DNA of 64,000 nucleotides, taken from NCBI RefSeq assembly GCF_963921235.1, contig NC_086097.1:253210001-253274000 (forward strand), in the 5' to 3' direction. This DNA is from Mobula hypostoma (Eukaryota). Position 1 is the first letter of the stretch. Every line of letters starts with the position of its first letter. Positions 38,430-50,289 of this stretch are shown in pieces. The notes beneath the pieces are model-generated. The model had not been told where the DNA came from. It did not search any database and saw only the letters and a list, made by a program, of their open reading frames with translations. Position numbers and translations under genes: made by a program.

Positions 38430-39352
38430 GTGAAACGTTCAACTTCAAGTTCACTGTCATCTGACTGTACGTATATACAACCAAACAAAACAATGGTCCT
38501 CCAGACCACAGTCAAGTTTACTGTCATCTGACTGTACATGTATACAACCAAACAAAGCAACGTTCCTCCAGACCATGATGTACCCACAGCACATAGAACT
38601 AAATATTACCACAAATAAGTTTAGAAGATATAATCTAAAATGCATGGATTGTGCAGCAAAGGTAAACAGTAAACAGCTTACTGTCCTAATGACAAGACTT
38701 CGGTGGTGTCAGGGTATTCATTAGTCTCACAGCCCAAGGGAAGAAGCTCGTGCCCGTTCTGGCAGTCCTAGTCCTGATGCTCCTGTACCTTCTCCCTGAC
38801 GGTGGTGGGTCAAAGAGATTGTGGGATGGGTGGTAGGGATCCTCAATAATGCTTCAGGCCGTTCATATACAACACTGCCAGGAAATGTCCCAGATAAAAT
38901 GGAGGGAGATCACCATTGTCTTCTCGGTGGGGTTTACTGCCCTCTGTAGGTTCTGAAGGGTTTACAGAGGGTTTACTGCCCTCTGTAGGTTCTGAAGGGT
39001 TTACAGAGGGTTTACTGCCCTCTGTAGGGTCTGAAGGGTTTACAGAGGGTTTACTGCCCTCTGTAAGGTCTGAAGGATTTACAGAGGGTTTACTGCCCTC
39101 TGTAAGGTCTGAAGGGTTTACAGAGGGTTTACTGCCCTCTGTAAGGTCTGAAGGGTTTACAGAGGGTTTACTGCCCTCTGTAGGGTCTGAAGGGTTTACA
39201 GAGGGTTTACTGCCCTCTGTAGGGTTTTGCGGCCCAGTACCTTGCAGCTTCTGTACCACACAATGATACAGCCAGACGGGACACTGTTAATGGTGCTCCT
39301 GTCAAAAGTTGTTCAAATGGGTGTGGAGAGCCTTGCACACTTCAATCTCTTC
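38430..39352 (-). mobile_element. Rex1-like LINE 3' part hosting a 39-bp tandem array
   Basis: Minus strand encodes RKTLQRAVN and IIEDPYHPSHNLFDPPPSGRRYRSIRTR; duplicated tail at 38435-38580. Confidence 0.75.
38930..39224. repeat. 39-bp minisatellite, 7 full copies plus one partial, each with an internal inverted repeat
   Basis: Unit gggtttactgccctctgtaggttctgaagggtttacaga; ccctctgta pairs with tacagaggg. Confidence 0.97.
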
Positions 39353-39517
39353 CCGAAAGTTTAGATAAAGTAGTCTCTGCTAAATAGAGCTCATTAAACA
39401 GGGTAAAAGATGATACATTTTATGAGTTAAAATTTACAGTGAAAAAGCTGGTGACAAATCAGCCATGGGTCCTAACATTTGAAAAATTTGATTTTCAGGC
39501 TATGCAGAGCCAACACA

Positions 39518-40240
39518 CAGTGGCCACTTTATTAGGTACACCTGCCCATCTACTCGTTAATGCAAATATCCAATCAGCCAATCATGTGGCAGCAACTCAA
39601 TACGTAAAAGCATGCAGACATGGTCAAGAGGTCAGTTGTTGTTCAGACCAAACATCAGAATGGGGAAGAAATCTAACCTAAGTGATTTTGACCGTGGAAT
39701 GATTGTTGCTGCCAGGTGGGTGGTTTGAGTATCTCAGAAATTGATCCTCTCCTGGGATTTTCAGGCGTGGCAGTCACTAAAGTTTACAGAGAACGGTGCA
39801 AAAAACAAAAAACATCCAGTGGGCACCGGGGTAGTGTAGCATGACGATATTTCAGCTTGGGGTGTTCCAGAGTTCAGAGTTCAATTCCAGTCCCTTTCTG
39901 TGAGGAGTCTCTGTCCGTTCTGCCCCTTGGAATGTGAGGGTTTCCCCCACGTGATCCAGTTTCCTTCCACCGTCTAAAGATACATCAGGCAGGGTCACTG
40001 ATCATTGTAAACTGTCCTGTAATTACGGAACGGTTGTGGGGTTGCTGGGGTGGCTCGAAGAACCGAAGGGCCTGCTCCATGCTGTGTCACTGAGTAAATA
40101 CAGTAACTAACTCAGATAGCCATGTTTACAGCAGTGCTGTGCAGAAGAGCATCTCTGAATGCACAACACTGAAGTGGATGGGCTACAGAGGACAAGACCA
40201 CATCAGGATCCACTCCTGTCCATGATAAAACGGCCACTAA
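39518..40240 (+). mobile_element. Internally deleted Tc1-like DNA transposon with a V-SINE inserted (about 39822-40100)
   Basis: TIR cagtggccactttattaggtaca; MGKKSNLSDFDRGMIVAAR from 39660; degenerate right TIR gataaaacggccactaa. Confidence 0.8.
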
Positions 40241-40299
40241 ATACTGATACAGTTACTTACTTAAATACACTGAAAATTGGTTCCTTAAGGTGTTATAGC

Positions 40300-40863
40300 T
40301 GAGGGTGGGGGTTGGTGTGGTTGGTGGACAGCTTCCCACTACCTGCTAAGTGTTCCCACTGCCATACGTCTCAAACAGCCTCTGACAACCAAATCCAGCT
40401 CCTGGCCTTCACATGTGACTCAGCGGAACCGTTTCTACTGGGAGGAGAAAATGCAGAGACGGGTTACTGGCACCTTAAAACCAGCTGCTTTGAGCAGATG
40501 GAGCTTGTCAGCCGTGGTTGGCAGCTCATCTCGGAGAAGGAGAACTCTGATCTCAAACCTCTGCTGCCTTGCGGCTATAGCCACTCATGGGGAAGGCTTC
40601 GGGAGCAAACCCTGCGGAAAAATCCTGAGCTGGAGTCCCGAAGACAGTCCAACGTTGAGTTCAAGGCTGGCCGGCAACTCCTGCGTTGCCACAGGTGCCA
40701 AACTGTATCGGTCTCTGCCGTTCCTTTGGGTTCATCAGAAGCGTGGACAGGGGTCGCTTACCACATGGGCTTCAGCTTGCTCTCCATATCATACTGCCCA
40801 GGCATGCGTATCTAGACAGTTCAGACACAACACCCATGCTCGACGTTGACCAATGGAGGCCTC
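40300..40863 (+). mobile_element. Probable non-autonomous RTE-derived element
   Basis: RTE-like 5' motif ggagaaggagaactctga and RTE-like 3' end ccatgctcgacgttgaccaatggaggcct; no RT coding sequence. Confidence 0.45.
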
Positions 40864-40977
40864 ACTCGCTTTGAATATCAATGTTAATAAATTATTATAC
40901 AGTTGATTTGTAAGATCGGTTTTTCCCCAGTTATCTTTATGCTTTCAAATGGTAAAACAGGTTACTGTATTCCATTA

Positions 40978-41802
40978 TGTAATGCACTGGTTAAGATTTT
41001 TACTGCTATGTTGTAGGCATTTCATTTTAGCAGTTCTGTTCTACTTTCAGCCTGTTTGGATTTGGGCTGATATAAGGGGTTTTGTCGCTCACCTTCGGAA
41101 CGTGGTGTCAGCCAATCAGGATGGTGGAATTGGAAGATAGCTCTAAAGAATGCTGGGCGGAGAGTTTTTGTGTGGGTCGAGGTGTTCGTTGGCGGGATCT
41201 GGGAGCAGACGGAAGGGGAGATGGCTGAGGAAGCTGTCCCTGTTGCTCAAGGTGCTTTGTGCAGATCAGTGGCTTCAAGGAGAAAGGACCAATAGTCCTG
41301 TGGGAGACCCGTTTGGATTTCGAGCAACTTTTGGAAGGTGTAGTGTGTACACTGAAAACAATGGCTTCTGGGAGATTTGAGCTCCACCGTGCACGTGTGA
41401 CTGTTTAGGTGTAGCGGGCCCTTTTGTTTTTTTTCTTTCTTTCCTTCAATAACTGGTTGCTTAAGTTAACATTCTTAAATATATTTCCTTAAAACTGTAT
41501 GCAGTGTACAATTTGTTATTTCGTGCCGACAGGCTATTGCAGGACTCACAACACGCTGGAGGAACTCAGCAGGTCGGGCAGCATCCATGGAAAAGATCGG
41601 TCAACGTTTCGGGCCGGAACCCTTCATCAGGACCCTAAGAGGGCTATTGCAGGGCAATAAGTCACACAGCATTCACACAAACCGGGGTTTGGGTGGGTGA
41701 GACATCCCTACCTCACAGAGTTGGTGGGAGCAAAGCATTGCACAAAACCTGAGAAAGGCAGTCTCTCGCCACAGGGGTCACGGTCGATTAGCGAGGGGCT
41801 AC
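40978..41802. mobile_element. Possible solo LTR
   Basis: Begins TGTAATG, contains a CCAAT box (agccaatcag), ends gaggggctac(c); no clear TSD. Confidence 0.4.
41599..41634 (-). ncRNA. Minimal type I hammerhead ribozyme in a 98-bp Penelope-derived insertion (41544-41641)
   Basis: GGUC-CUGAUGA-A-GGGU(UCCG)GCCC-GAAA-CG-UU-GACC; insertion flanked by the direct repeat ggctattgcagg. Confidence 0.85.
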
Positions 41803-42219
41803 CCAGCTGCATTTCCAGAGACACCTAGTGAAAAGGGGTTTCACTTAGGCAAGCACATGTGACCTTTAATGCAATCTGTCTTTTTAGAATCGTATAAATG
41901 ACTTTAAGTATTTGGTGGTGTACAACATGGAGCATCAGCCCCTGTGGTAATAAGTGTAATACAAGCTGTGATCTATTGGACCATTTTAAATCGGGTTCCT
42001 GCATCAACCCCTACTGCTTCCTGTTCTGTGGTACAGCAACTGAAAAATGGATTATCTGTGCTAATTATTAAACAAACACCTTTCTATCACCTGTCCACCG
42101 GTGGCTCGATGCTTGTCACACAATTGCTCATCAAAGACCATCCCAGGAAGGGAAAGTTCGGTACTTTGCCTTCACGTTTAACAGGTGAACACTCCACCCC
42201 ACTACATCCAACACCTCGG

Positions 42220-42760
42220 AGTCATAGTCATAGTCATAGTCATACTTTATTGATCCCAGGGGAAATTGGTTTTTGTTACAGTTGCACCATAAATAATTAA
42301 ATAGTAATAAAACCATAAGTAGTTAAATAGTAATATGTAAATTATGCCAGGAATTAAGTCCAGGACCAGCCTATTGGCTCAGGGTGTCTGACCCTCCAAG
42401 GGAGGAGTTGTAAAGTTTGATGGCCACAGGCAGGAATGACTTCCTATGACACTCTGTGTTGCATCTCGGTGGAATGAGTCTCTGGCTGAATGTACTCCTG
42501 TGCCCAACCAGTACATTATGTACTGGATGGGAGACATTGTCCAAGATGGCATGCAACTTGGACCGCATCCTCTTTTCAGACACCACCGTCAGAGAGTCCA
42601 GTTCCATCCCCACAACATCACTGGCCTTACGAATGAGTTTGTTGATTCTGTTAGTGTCTGCTACCCTCAGCCTGCTGCCCCAGCACACAACAGCAAACAT
42701 GATCGCACTGGCCACCACAGACTCGTAGAACATCCTCAGCATCGTCCGGCAGATGTTAAA
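42220..42760 (-). mobile_element. Rex1-like LINE 3' end with (TATGAC)n tail; same subfamily as 63250-64000
   Basis: MLRMFYESVVASAIMFAVVCWGS...RKSFLPVAIKLYN. Confidence 0.9.
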
Positions 42761-43559
42761 TATCACCCAGTAACTTAACTGGATCTCACATGTGGCTGGA
42801 AAAGTTAACACAGCAGATCAGGGATATTGGATTCTGTTGTTTCTATCCAAGGTTCTTTTGGAAGTCAGGAAAGAGGCACAAAACTTGTTGTTTCATAATC
42901 GTTTTATTAAGTGTTAACAAAACAAAGAAGATTGAAAAATGGACAATTCGAAGAAAATTGAAACATTGAAAAATGTACTTTGAATCTTTTAACAGGAGCA
43001 GAGGTGAGAGAGTGAAGGGAAAGAGAGGCAACAAGAAAGATGGCATTGCTCTTCCTATTCTCCAGGTGAGAATCATTCCATTCAAATTTGTAGATAAGAG
43101 TCAGCCAATCAGAAAGCCCCAAATCATATAATGCAGCACCAGAGAAGCTTCCAAAGCTTTCCAGAATGATACAAATGTAACCACCAGAGGACACACTGAA
43201 AAACTGCATATACATACTATGTCCACCAGGAAACATAATGAACAGTTACTTATATAGATAGTGATATGAAACATAGATTAATAAACTGCAAAGAAGAAAG
43301 TTAATGAGAGCAAACAGTTTAAATGGTTTGGCTCAGACTAGCTGGGCTGAAAGGCATGTTTCTGTGATGTACCTTTCTATGATCCTATGACTCTAAATTA
43401 ACAATTAAACAGTCAGATATAAATTAAAACATCTAATCCAGCTGGGAGTAGAGTCTCTGCAGCAAATGGCTCACCTCCTCCGAATCTCTTCAGGAGTTAA
43501 AGACAAAAGTTGGGATAGTGCTGAATACTCCCCACATGTCACAATGTCAGCACCACCAA

Positions 43560-44005
43560 CGGAACACACACAAATGCTGGAGGAACTCAGCAGGCAGTGT
43601 CAGGACTGGAAAGGAAGGGGCAGGAAGCCAGAATAAGAAAGTGGGGGAAGAGGCTGACAGGTAATAGGTGAGAACAGGTGACAGGAAAGGTGGGTTGGGA
43701 CAGGTTGTTTTCTGGCAAAGGTGTACTTGGTAAGTGGGAGACCTTCGAAAGTGAAACGGCTAACAAGGAACAAAAGGAAGATCAGATTGGTCACCCATAC
43801 GTGGAGTGGGAAGAGGTGGGGGAAATCTTAAAAAAGAGAAAATCTACAGGTACTGCAAATCCAGGCAACACACAAAAATGCTGGAGGAACTCAGCAGGCC
43901 AGGCAGCATCTATGGAAAAAAGTAAAAAAGTTTTGGCCTGAAATGTCAACTGCACTTTTTCCCATAGATGTCACCTGGCCTGCTGAGTTCCTCCAGCATT
44001 TTGTG
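43560..44005. mobile_element. Penelope pLTR-derived fragments, including an inverted pair (43871-43923 and 43954-44005)
   Basis: aatgctggaggaactcagcaggccagg and its reverse complement. Confidence 0.8.
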
Positions 44006-46667
44006 GGGGAAATCTTAAATGGATTTTTGTGTCTATATTTTCTCAGGAGATGGACACAGAGTCTATAGAAGTGAGGCAGAGCAACATCAACTCTATGGAC
44101 CTGCACAGATTACAGAGGAGGAGGTGTTTGCTGTCCTGAGGCAAAGTAAAGTGGGACAATGTGTTCCCTTGGAACCTGCAGGAGGCAAGTGTAGAAATTT
44201 CAGGGGCTCTTGCAGAGATATTTAAAACATCCTAAGCGACAGGGAAAGTACCAGAAGATTGGAGGATAGCTAGTGTTGTTCCATTGGTTAAGAAAGGCTC
44301 TAAGAATAAACCAGGAAATTATAGGCTGGTGAGCCTGATAACAGTAGTATAGAAACATAGAAACATAGAAAATAGGTGCAGGAGTAGTCCATTTGGCCCT
44401 TCGAGCCTGCACCGCCATTCAGTATGATCATGGCTGATCATCCAACTCAGAACCCTGTACCAGCCTTCCCTCCATACCCCCTGATCCCTTTAGCCACAAG
44501 GGCCATATCTAACTCCCTCTTAAATATAGCCAATGAACTGGCCTCAACTGTTTCCTGTGGCAGAGAATTCCACAGATTCACCACTCTCTGTGTGAAGAAG
44601 TTTTTCCTAATCTCAGTCTTAAAAGGCTTCCCCTTTATCCTCAAACTGTGACCCCTCGTTCGGGACTTCCCAACATCGGGAACAATCTTCCTGCATCTAG
44701 CCTATCCAATCCCTTTAGGATTTTATACGTTTCAATCAGATCCCCCCCTCAATCTTCTAAATTCCAATGAGTATAAGCCTAGTCGATCCAGTCTTTCATC
44801 ATATGAAAGTCCTGCCATCCCAGGAATCAATCTGGTGAACCTTCTTTGTACTCCCTCTATGGCAAGGATGTCTTTCCTCAGATTAGGGGACCAAAACTTC
44901 ACACAATACTCCAGGTGTGGTCTCACCAAGGTCTTGTACAACTGCAGTAGTATCTCCCTGCTCCTGTACTCGAATCCTCTTGCTATGAATGCCAGCATAC
45001 CATTTGCCTTTTTCACCGCCTGCTGTACCTGCATGCCCACTTTCAATGACTGGTGTATAATGACACCCAGGTCTCGTTGCACCTCCCCTTTTCCTAATCG
45101 GCCACCATTCAGATAATAATCTATTTTCCTGTTTTTGCCACCAAAGTGGATAACTTCACATTTATCCACATTAAATTGCATCTGCCATGAATTTGCCCAC
45201 TCGCCTAACCTATCCAAGTCACCCTGCATCCTCATAGCATCCTCCTCACAGCTAACACTGCCGCCCAGCTTCATGTCATCCGCAAACTTGGAGATGCTGC
45301 ATTTAATTCCCTCATCCAAGTCATTAATATATATTGTAAACAACTGGGGTCCCAGCACTGAGCCTTGCGGTACCCTACTAGTCACTGCCTGCCATTCTGA
45401 AAAGGTCCCGTTTATTCTCACTCTTTGCTTCCTGTCTGCTAACCAATTCTCCACCCACACCAATACCTTACCCCCAATACTGTGTGCTTTAAGTTTGTAC
45501 AGTAATCTCCTGTGTGGGACCTTGTCAAAAGCCTTTTGAAAATCCAAATATACCACATCCACTGGTTCTCCCCTATCCACTCTACTAGTTACATCCTCAA
45601 AAAATTCTATGAGATTCTTCAGACATGATTTTCCTTTCACAAATCCATGCTGACTTTGTCCGATGATTTCACCGCTTTCCAAATGTGCTGTTATCACATC
45701 TTTGATAACTGACTCTAGCAGTTTCCCCACCAGCGATGTTAGGCTAACCGGTCTATAATTCCCTGGCTTCTCTCTCCCTCCTTTTTTAAAAAGTGGGGTT
45801 ACATTAGCCACCCTCCAATCCTCAGGAACTAGTCCAGAATCTAAAGAGTTTTGAAAAATTATCACTAATGTATCCACTATTTCTTGGGCTACTTCCTTAA
45901 GCACTCTGGGATGCAGACCATCTGGCCCTGGGGATTTATCTGCCTTTAATCCCTTCAATTTACCTATCACCACTTCCCTACTAACATGTATTTCCCTCAG
46001 TTCCTCCATCTCACTGGACCCTCTGTCCCTTACTATTTCCAGAAGATTATTTATGTCTTTCTTAGTGAAGACAGAACCAAAGTAATTATTCAATTGGTCT
46101 GCCATGTCCTTGCTCCCCATAATCAATTCACCTGTTTCTGTCTGTAGGGGACCTACATTTGTTTTAACCAATCTTTTTCTTTTCACATATCTATAAAAGC
46201 TTTTACAGTCAGTTTTTATGTTCCCTGCCAGTTTTCTCTCATAATCTTTGTTACCCTTCCTAATTAAGCCCTTTGTCCTCCTCTGCTGAACTCTGAATTT
46301 CTCCCAGTCCTCAAGTGAGCCACTTTTTCTGGCTAATTTGTATGTTTCTTCTTTGGAATTGATACTATCCCTAATTTCCCTTGTCAGCCACGGGTGCACT
46401 ACCTTCCTTGATTTATTCTTTTGCCAAACTGGGATGAACAATTGTTGTAGTTCATCCATGCGATCCATGCATGAAAGTTATTGGAAGGTATTCTAAGTGA
46501 CCGGATATATAAGTATTTGGATAGACAAGGACTGATTAGGGATAGTCAACATGGTTTTGTGCATGGTAGATTGTGTCTAACCAATCTTATAGAGTTTATC
46601 GAGGAAGTTACCAGAAATGCTGATGAAGGCAAGGCAGTGGATGTTGCCTACATGGACTTTAGCAAGG
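44006..46667 (+). mobile_element. Older CR1 ORF2 fragment split by the young minus-strand CR1
   Basis: PEDWRIASVVPL.KKG..PGNYRLVSL | LLEGIL..DSQHGFVHGR..YMDFSK continues across the insertion. Confidence 0.8.
44349..46468 (-). mobile_element. Young 5'-truncated CR1 LINE with a 578-aa open RT frame and (TTTCTATG)n tail
   Basis: ORF 44732-46468 with SPGPDGLHP, NYRPVSLTS, QHGF, YLDFQKAFDKVPH, PQGSVLGP, KFADD and LVRPHLEY; endonuclease domain absent. Confidence 0.97.
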
Positions 46668-47800
46668 TGGAAGGTAGGGACAAGTGGAGCGGCTGTTGTT
46701 GGAGTGGACCAGTTTTAGAGTGGCGAGGCTTAGGCGAGAAGAGGCTTGGGTGAGGTAAGTTTCTGGTAAGTTTCTTCTTCTGCATTCTTCATCAGTTAGT
46801 GGATTGAGAATGGCTCCAGGGGCTATGTTGTGTTCTTTGTATGAGATGTGGGATTTCTGGGAAGCCTCCAGCCTCCAGGAAAACGACATCTGTACCAGTG
46901 CACTGAGCTGCAGCTCCTTGAGGAACATGTTATGGAACTGGAGCTGCAGCTCAATGAGCTTCAGATCATATGGGGAACTGACGAGGTGATAGGCAGGAGC
47001 TACAGGGAAGTAGTCAGCCTGAAGTTGCAGGGGGCAGGTACCTGGGTGACTGTCAGAAGAAGGAAAGGAAATCAGCAGCCAGTACAGAGTAGCCCTGTGG
47101 CCATTCCCCTCAATGATAAGTATACGGCTTTGGACACCGTTGAGGGGAAAAACTTAGTTGGGGGGTGGGGGGTTCTCTGGCACTGATTCTGGTTCTGTGG
47201 CTCAGGAGGAAAATGGGGGAAGAAGGACCTGCAGTGGTGACAGGGGTTTGCACAGTTCGAGGAGTTGTACAAGGTTCTGTGGATGTGAAAGAGGTATCCG
47301 GATGGTATGTTACCTCACAGGTGCCAAGATCAATGAAGTCTCGGATCATGTCCACGGCCTCCTGAAGGGGAAGAGTGAGCAGCCAGAGGTCTTGGTACAT
47401 ACTGGCTCCAATGACATACCGTAGATAGGAAAGGTGAGGAGGTGAGGAAGAGAGAATATAGGGAGTTAGGTAGATGATTGCGTGGCTGAGGAACTGGAGC
47501 TCACACGGGTGCAGGGGGCAGGGTTTCAGATTTCTGGATCTTTGGGATCTCTTATGGGGAAGATATGACCTGTAGAACAGGGAACGGTGACACCTGAAGC
47601 TGAGGGGACCAATATCCTCGTGGGCAGGTTGGTTAGAGCGGTTGAAGAGGGTTTAAACTGATTTGGCAGGGTTATTGGAACCGGAATGATGCGGCTGAGA
47701 ATAGAGCTGCTGGTAAAGAACCTGAAGCAGTGTGTAGTGTGACTGCGAGGAAGGACAGGCAGATGATGGGGCAAGATTACAGTCAGTGGGACTTTGAGCT
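46668..47800 (+). mobile_element. CR1 5' UTR and esterase ORF1, decayed
   Basis: MAPGAMLCSLYEMWDF, TWVTVRR, PVAIPLNDKY and EQPEVLVHTGSND motifs. Confidence 0.8.
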
Positions 47801-47859
47801 GCAGTGTGAGATAGTTACAAAATTGAAAAGAGCGACCAGAACAGGGAGGAACCAGCACG

Positions 47860-49487
47860 CACCCACACGCCTCCTGAGGGTCTTTTGGTCTCAGTATCTG
47901 AAGATGACACGTGGGCTGCCTTCAAGAGAGTGAATCCGAGGAAAGCATCCGGTCCAGACGGGGTACCTGGCCGAGTACTGATGACCTGTGCTGACCTGTG
48001 GTGTGTTCACGGGTGTCTGCAACCTCTCGCTCCAACAGTGTCTGGTACCCGCCTGCTTCAAGCAGGCTTCAATCACACCGGCATCCAAAAAAAAGCGTGG
48101 TAACCTGTCTGTCATATCGTCCAGTGGCACTTCCATCCACAGTGATAACGTGTTTTGAGAGGCTGGTGTTGAAGCAAATCAGCTCCTGTCTGAATGGTGA
48201 CATGGATCCACTCCAGTTCGCCTATTGAAGCAACAGGTCTACAGCAGATGTCATCTCATTGGCTCTTCACACAACCCTGGAACAACTGGACAGCAAAGTT
48301 ACATACATCAGGATGCTCTTTATCAATTGCAACTTGATACTTAACAGCATCATCCCCTCAAAAGTAATCAGTAAACTCCAAGACCTGGGCCCCAACACCC
48401 CTTGTACAATTGGATCCTAGATTTCCTCACATGCAGACTGCAGTCAGTTCAGATTGGCAAAGACATCTCCTCACCATCTCCATCAGCACAGGAGCACCTC
48501 AGGGATGTGTGCTTAGCCCCTGCTCTGCTTGCTTTACACCTCTGACTGTCTGGCTAAATGCAGCTCCATTACCATAAACGGGTTTGCTGACAACACCTCT
48601 GTTGTGGGTCAAATGTTGTGGTGATGGTTCAGCATACAGGGGGGAGATTGAAAATTTGGCTGAGTGGTGTAATAACAACAATCTTTCACTCAATATCAGA
48701 CAGACCAGGAAATGATTGTAGATTTCAGGAGAAGGAAACCAGAGGTCCATGGGCCAGTAATCATCAGAGGATGAGAGATGGAGAGGATCAGTAACTTTAA
48801 ATTCATGGGCGTCACTATGTCAGAGGACCTGGACCCATCATATAACTATAATTGCGAAGAAAGCACGACAGTGTCTCTACTTCCTCAGGAGTCTATAAAG
48901 GTTTGACATGTCATTGAAAACCTTGACAAACTTTAATAGATGTGTGATGGAAAATGTGCAGACTGGCTCCATAACGGCCTGGTATGGGAACACCAAAGCC
49001 TTTGAGTGGAAAATCCCAGAAAAGGTAGTGGATTCAGCCCAGTACATCGCGGGTAAATCCCTCCCTACCATTGAGCACATCAACATGTAACGTTGCCGTA
49101 GAAAATCAGCATCCATCATCAGAGAGCCTCACCATTCAGTCCATGCTTTTTTCTTGATGCTGTCATCAGGTAGAAGGTACAGGTGTCTCACACTACCAGG
49201 ATCAAGAACAGTTACTACCCCTCGACCATCAGGCTCTTGAACAGAAGGGGACAGCTATACTTATTTAAGGAGTCAGTCATATTGTTATTCCATGCTTGTT
49301 ATTTATTGCATTTTATTTATATCTGCATTTGCACAGTTTGTTTAGTTTACAGATCCTGTTTACAGTTACTATTCTACAGATTTCCTGAGGTATGGCCGTA
49401 GAAAAAGAATCTTGGCTTTTATGTGGTGACATGTATGTACTCTGCTAATAAATTTTACTTTGAACTTTGAACGTTGAACTTTGAATA
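47860..49487 (+). mobile_element. Rex1/Babar-like LINE, RT to 3' tail
   Basis: VNPRKASGPDGVPG, YRPVALPS..CFERLV, DPLQFAY and GAPQGCVLSP motifs; (TGAACTT)n tail. Confidence 0.9.
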
Positions 49488-49523
49488 CAGACTGAAGGTG
49501 CTATATTTGAATTCACGCATTAT

Positions 49524-50255
49524 ATGAAAACAAAGGAGCTGATTGTGGATTACAGGAGGAATGGAGACAGTCTAGCTCCTATAGATATCAATGGATCTGG
49601 GGATGAGAGGGTGAACAGCTTTAAGTTCCTCGGCATCAACATCACTGAGGATCTCACGTGGTCTGTTCATAACAGCTGTGTGGAGAAAAATGCACAGCAG
49701 CACCTCTTTCACCTCTGAGAGTTGAAGAAGTTTGGTATGGGCACCCCAGATCCTAAGAACTTTCTACGGGGGCACAATTGAGAGCATCCTGACTGGCTGC
49801 ATCACTGCCTGGTATGGGAACTCTACTTCCCTCATTCGCAGGACTCTGCAGAGAGTGGTGCGGACAGCCCAGCGCATCTGTAGTTGTGAACTTCCCATGA
49901 TTCAGTACATTTACAAAGACAGGTGTGTAAAAAGGGCCCGAAGGTTCATTGGGGACCCGAGTCACCCCAACCACAAACTGTTCCAGCTGCTACCATCCGG
50001 GAGATGGTACCACAGCATAAAAGCCAGGACCAGCAGGCTCCAGGACAGCTTCTTCCACCAGGCGGTCGGAATGATTAATTCATGCTGACACAACTGTATT
50101 TCTATGTTATATTGACTGTCCTGTTGTACATACTATTTATCATAAATTACTATAAATTGTACATTGCACATTTAGATGGAGATGTAACATAAAGATTTTT
50201 ACTCCTCGTGTATATGAAGGATGTAAGTAATAAAGTCAATTCAATTCAATTCAGT
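49524..50255 (+). mobile_element. Rex1-like LINE 3' part with (AATTC)n tail
   Basis: KTKELIVDYRR, FKFLGINITEDL and ESILTGCITAWYG motifs. Confidence 0.9.
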
Positions 50256-50289
50256 AAGGTAGTTGATCTTGTAGCACAGTTATACTTAA

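Noticed and set aside
38930..39224. CRISPR-like palindromic repeats or a PTEGSKPSVNPSD repeat protein
   Set aside because: No variable spacers; lies inside a LINE; the open frames follow from the 39-bp period.
42085..42220. Minus-strand host exon
   Set aside because: Poor acceptor; may be an ancient LINE endonuclease remnant.
44732..46468. Domesticated RT, retron or DGR-type RT gene
   Set aside because: Ordinary 5'-truncated CR1 ORF2 with CR1 3' UTR and tail, inserted into another CR1.
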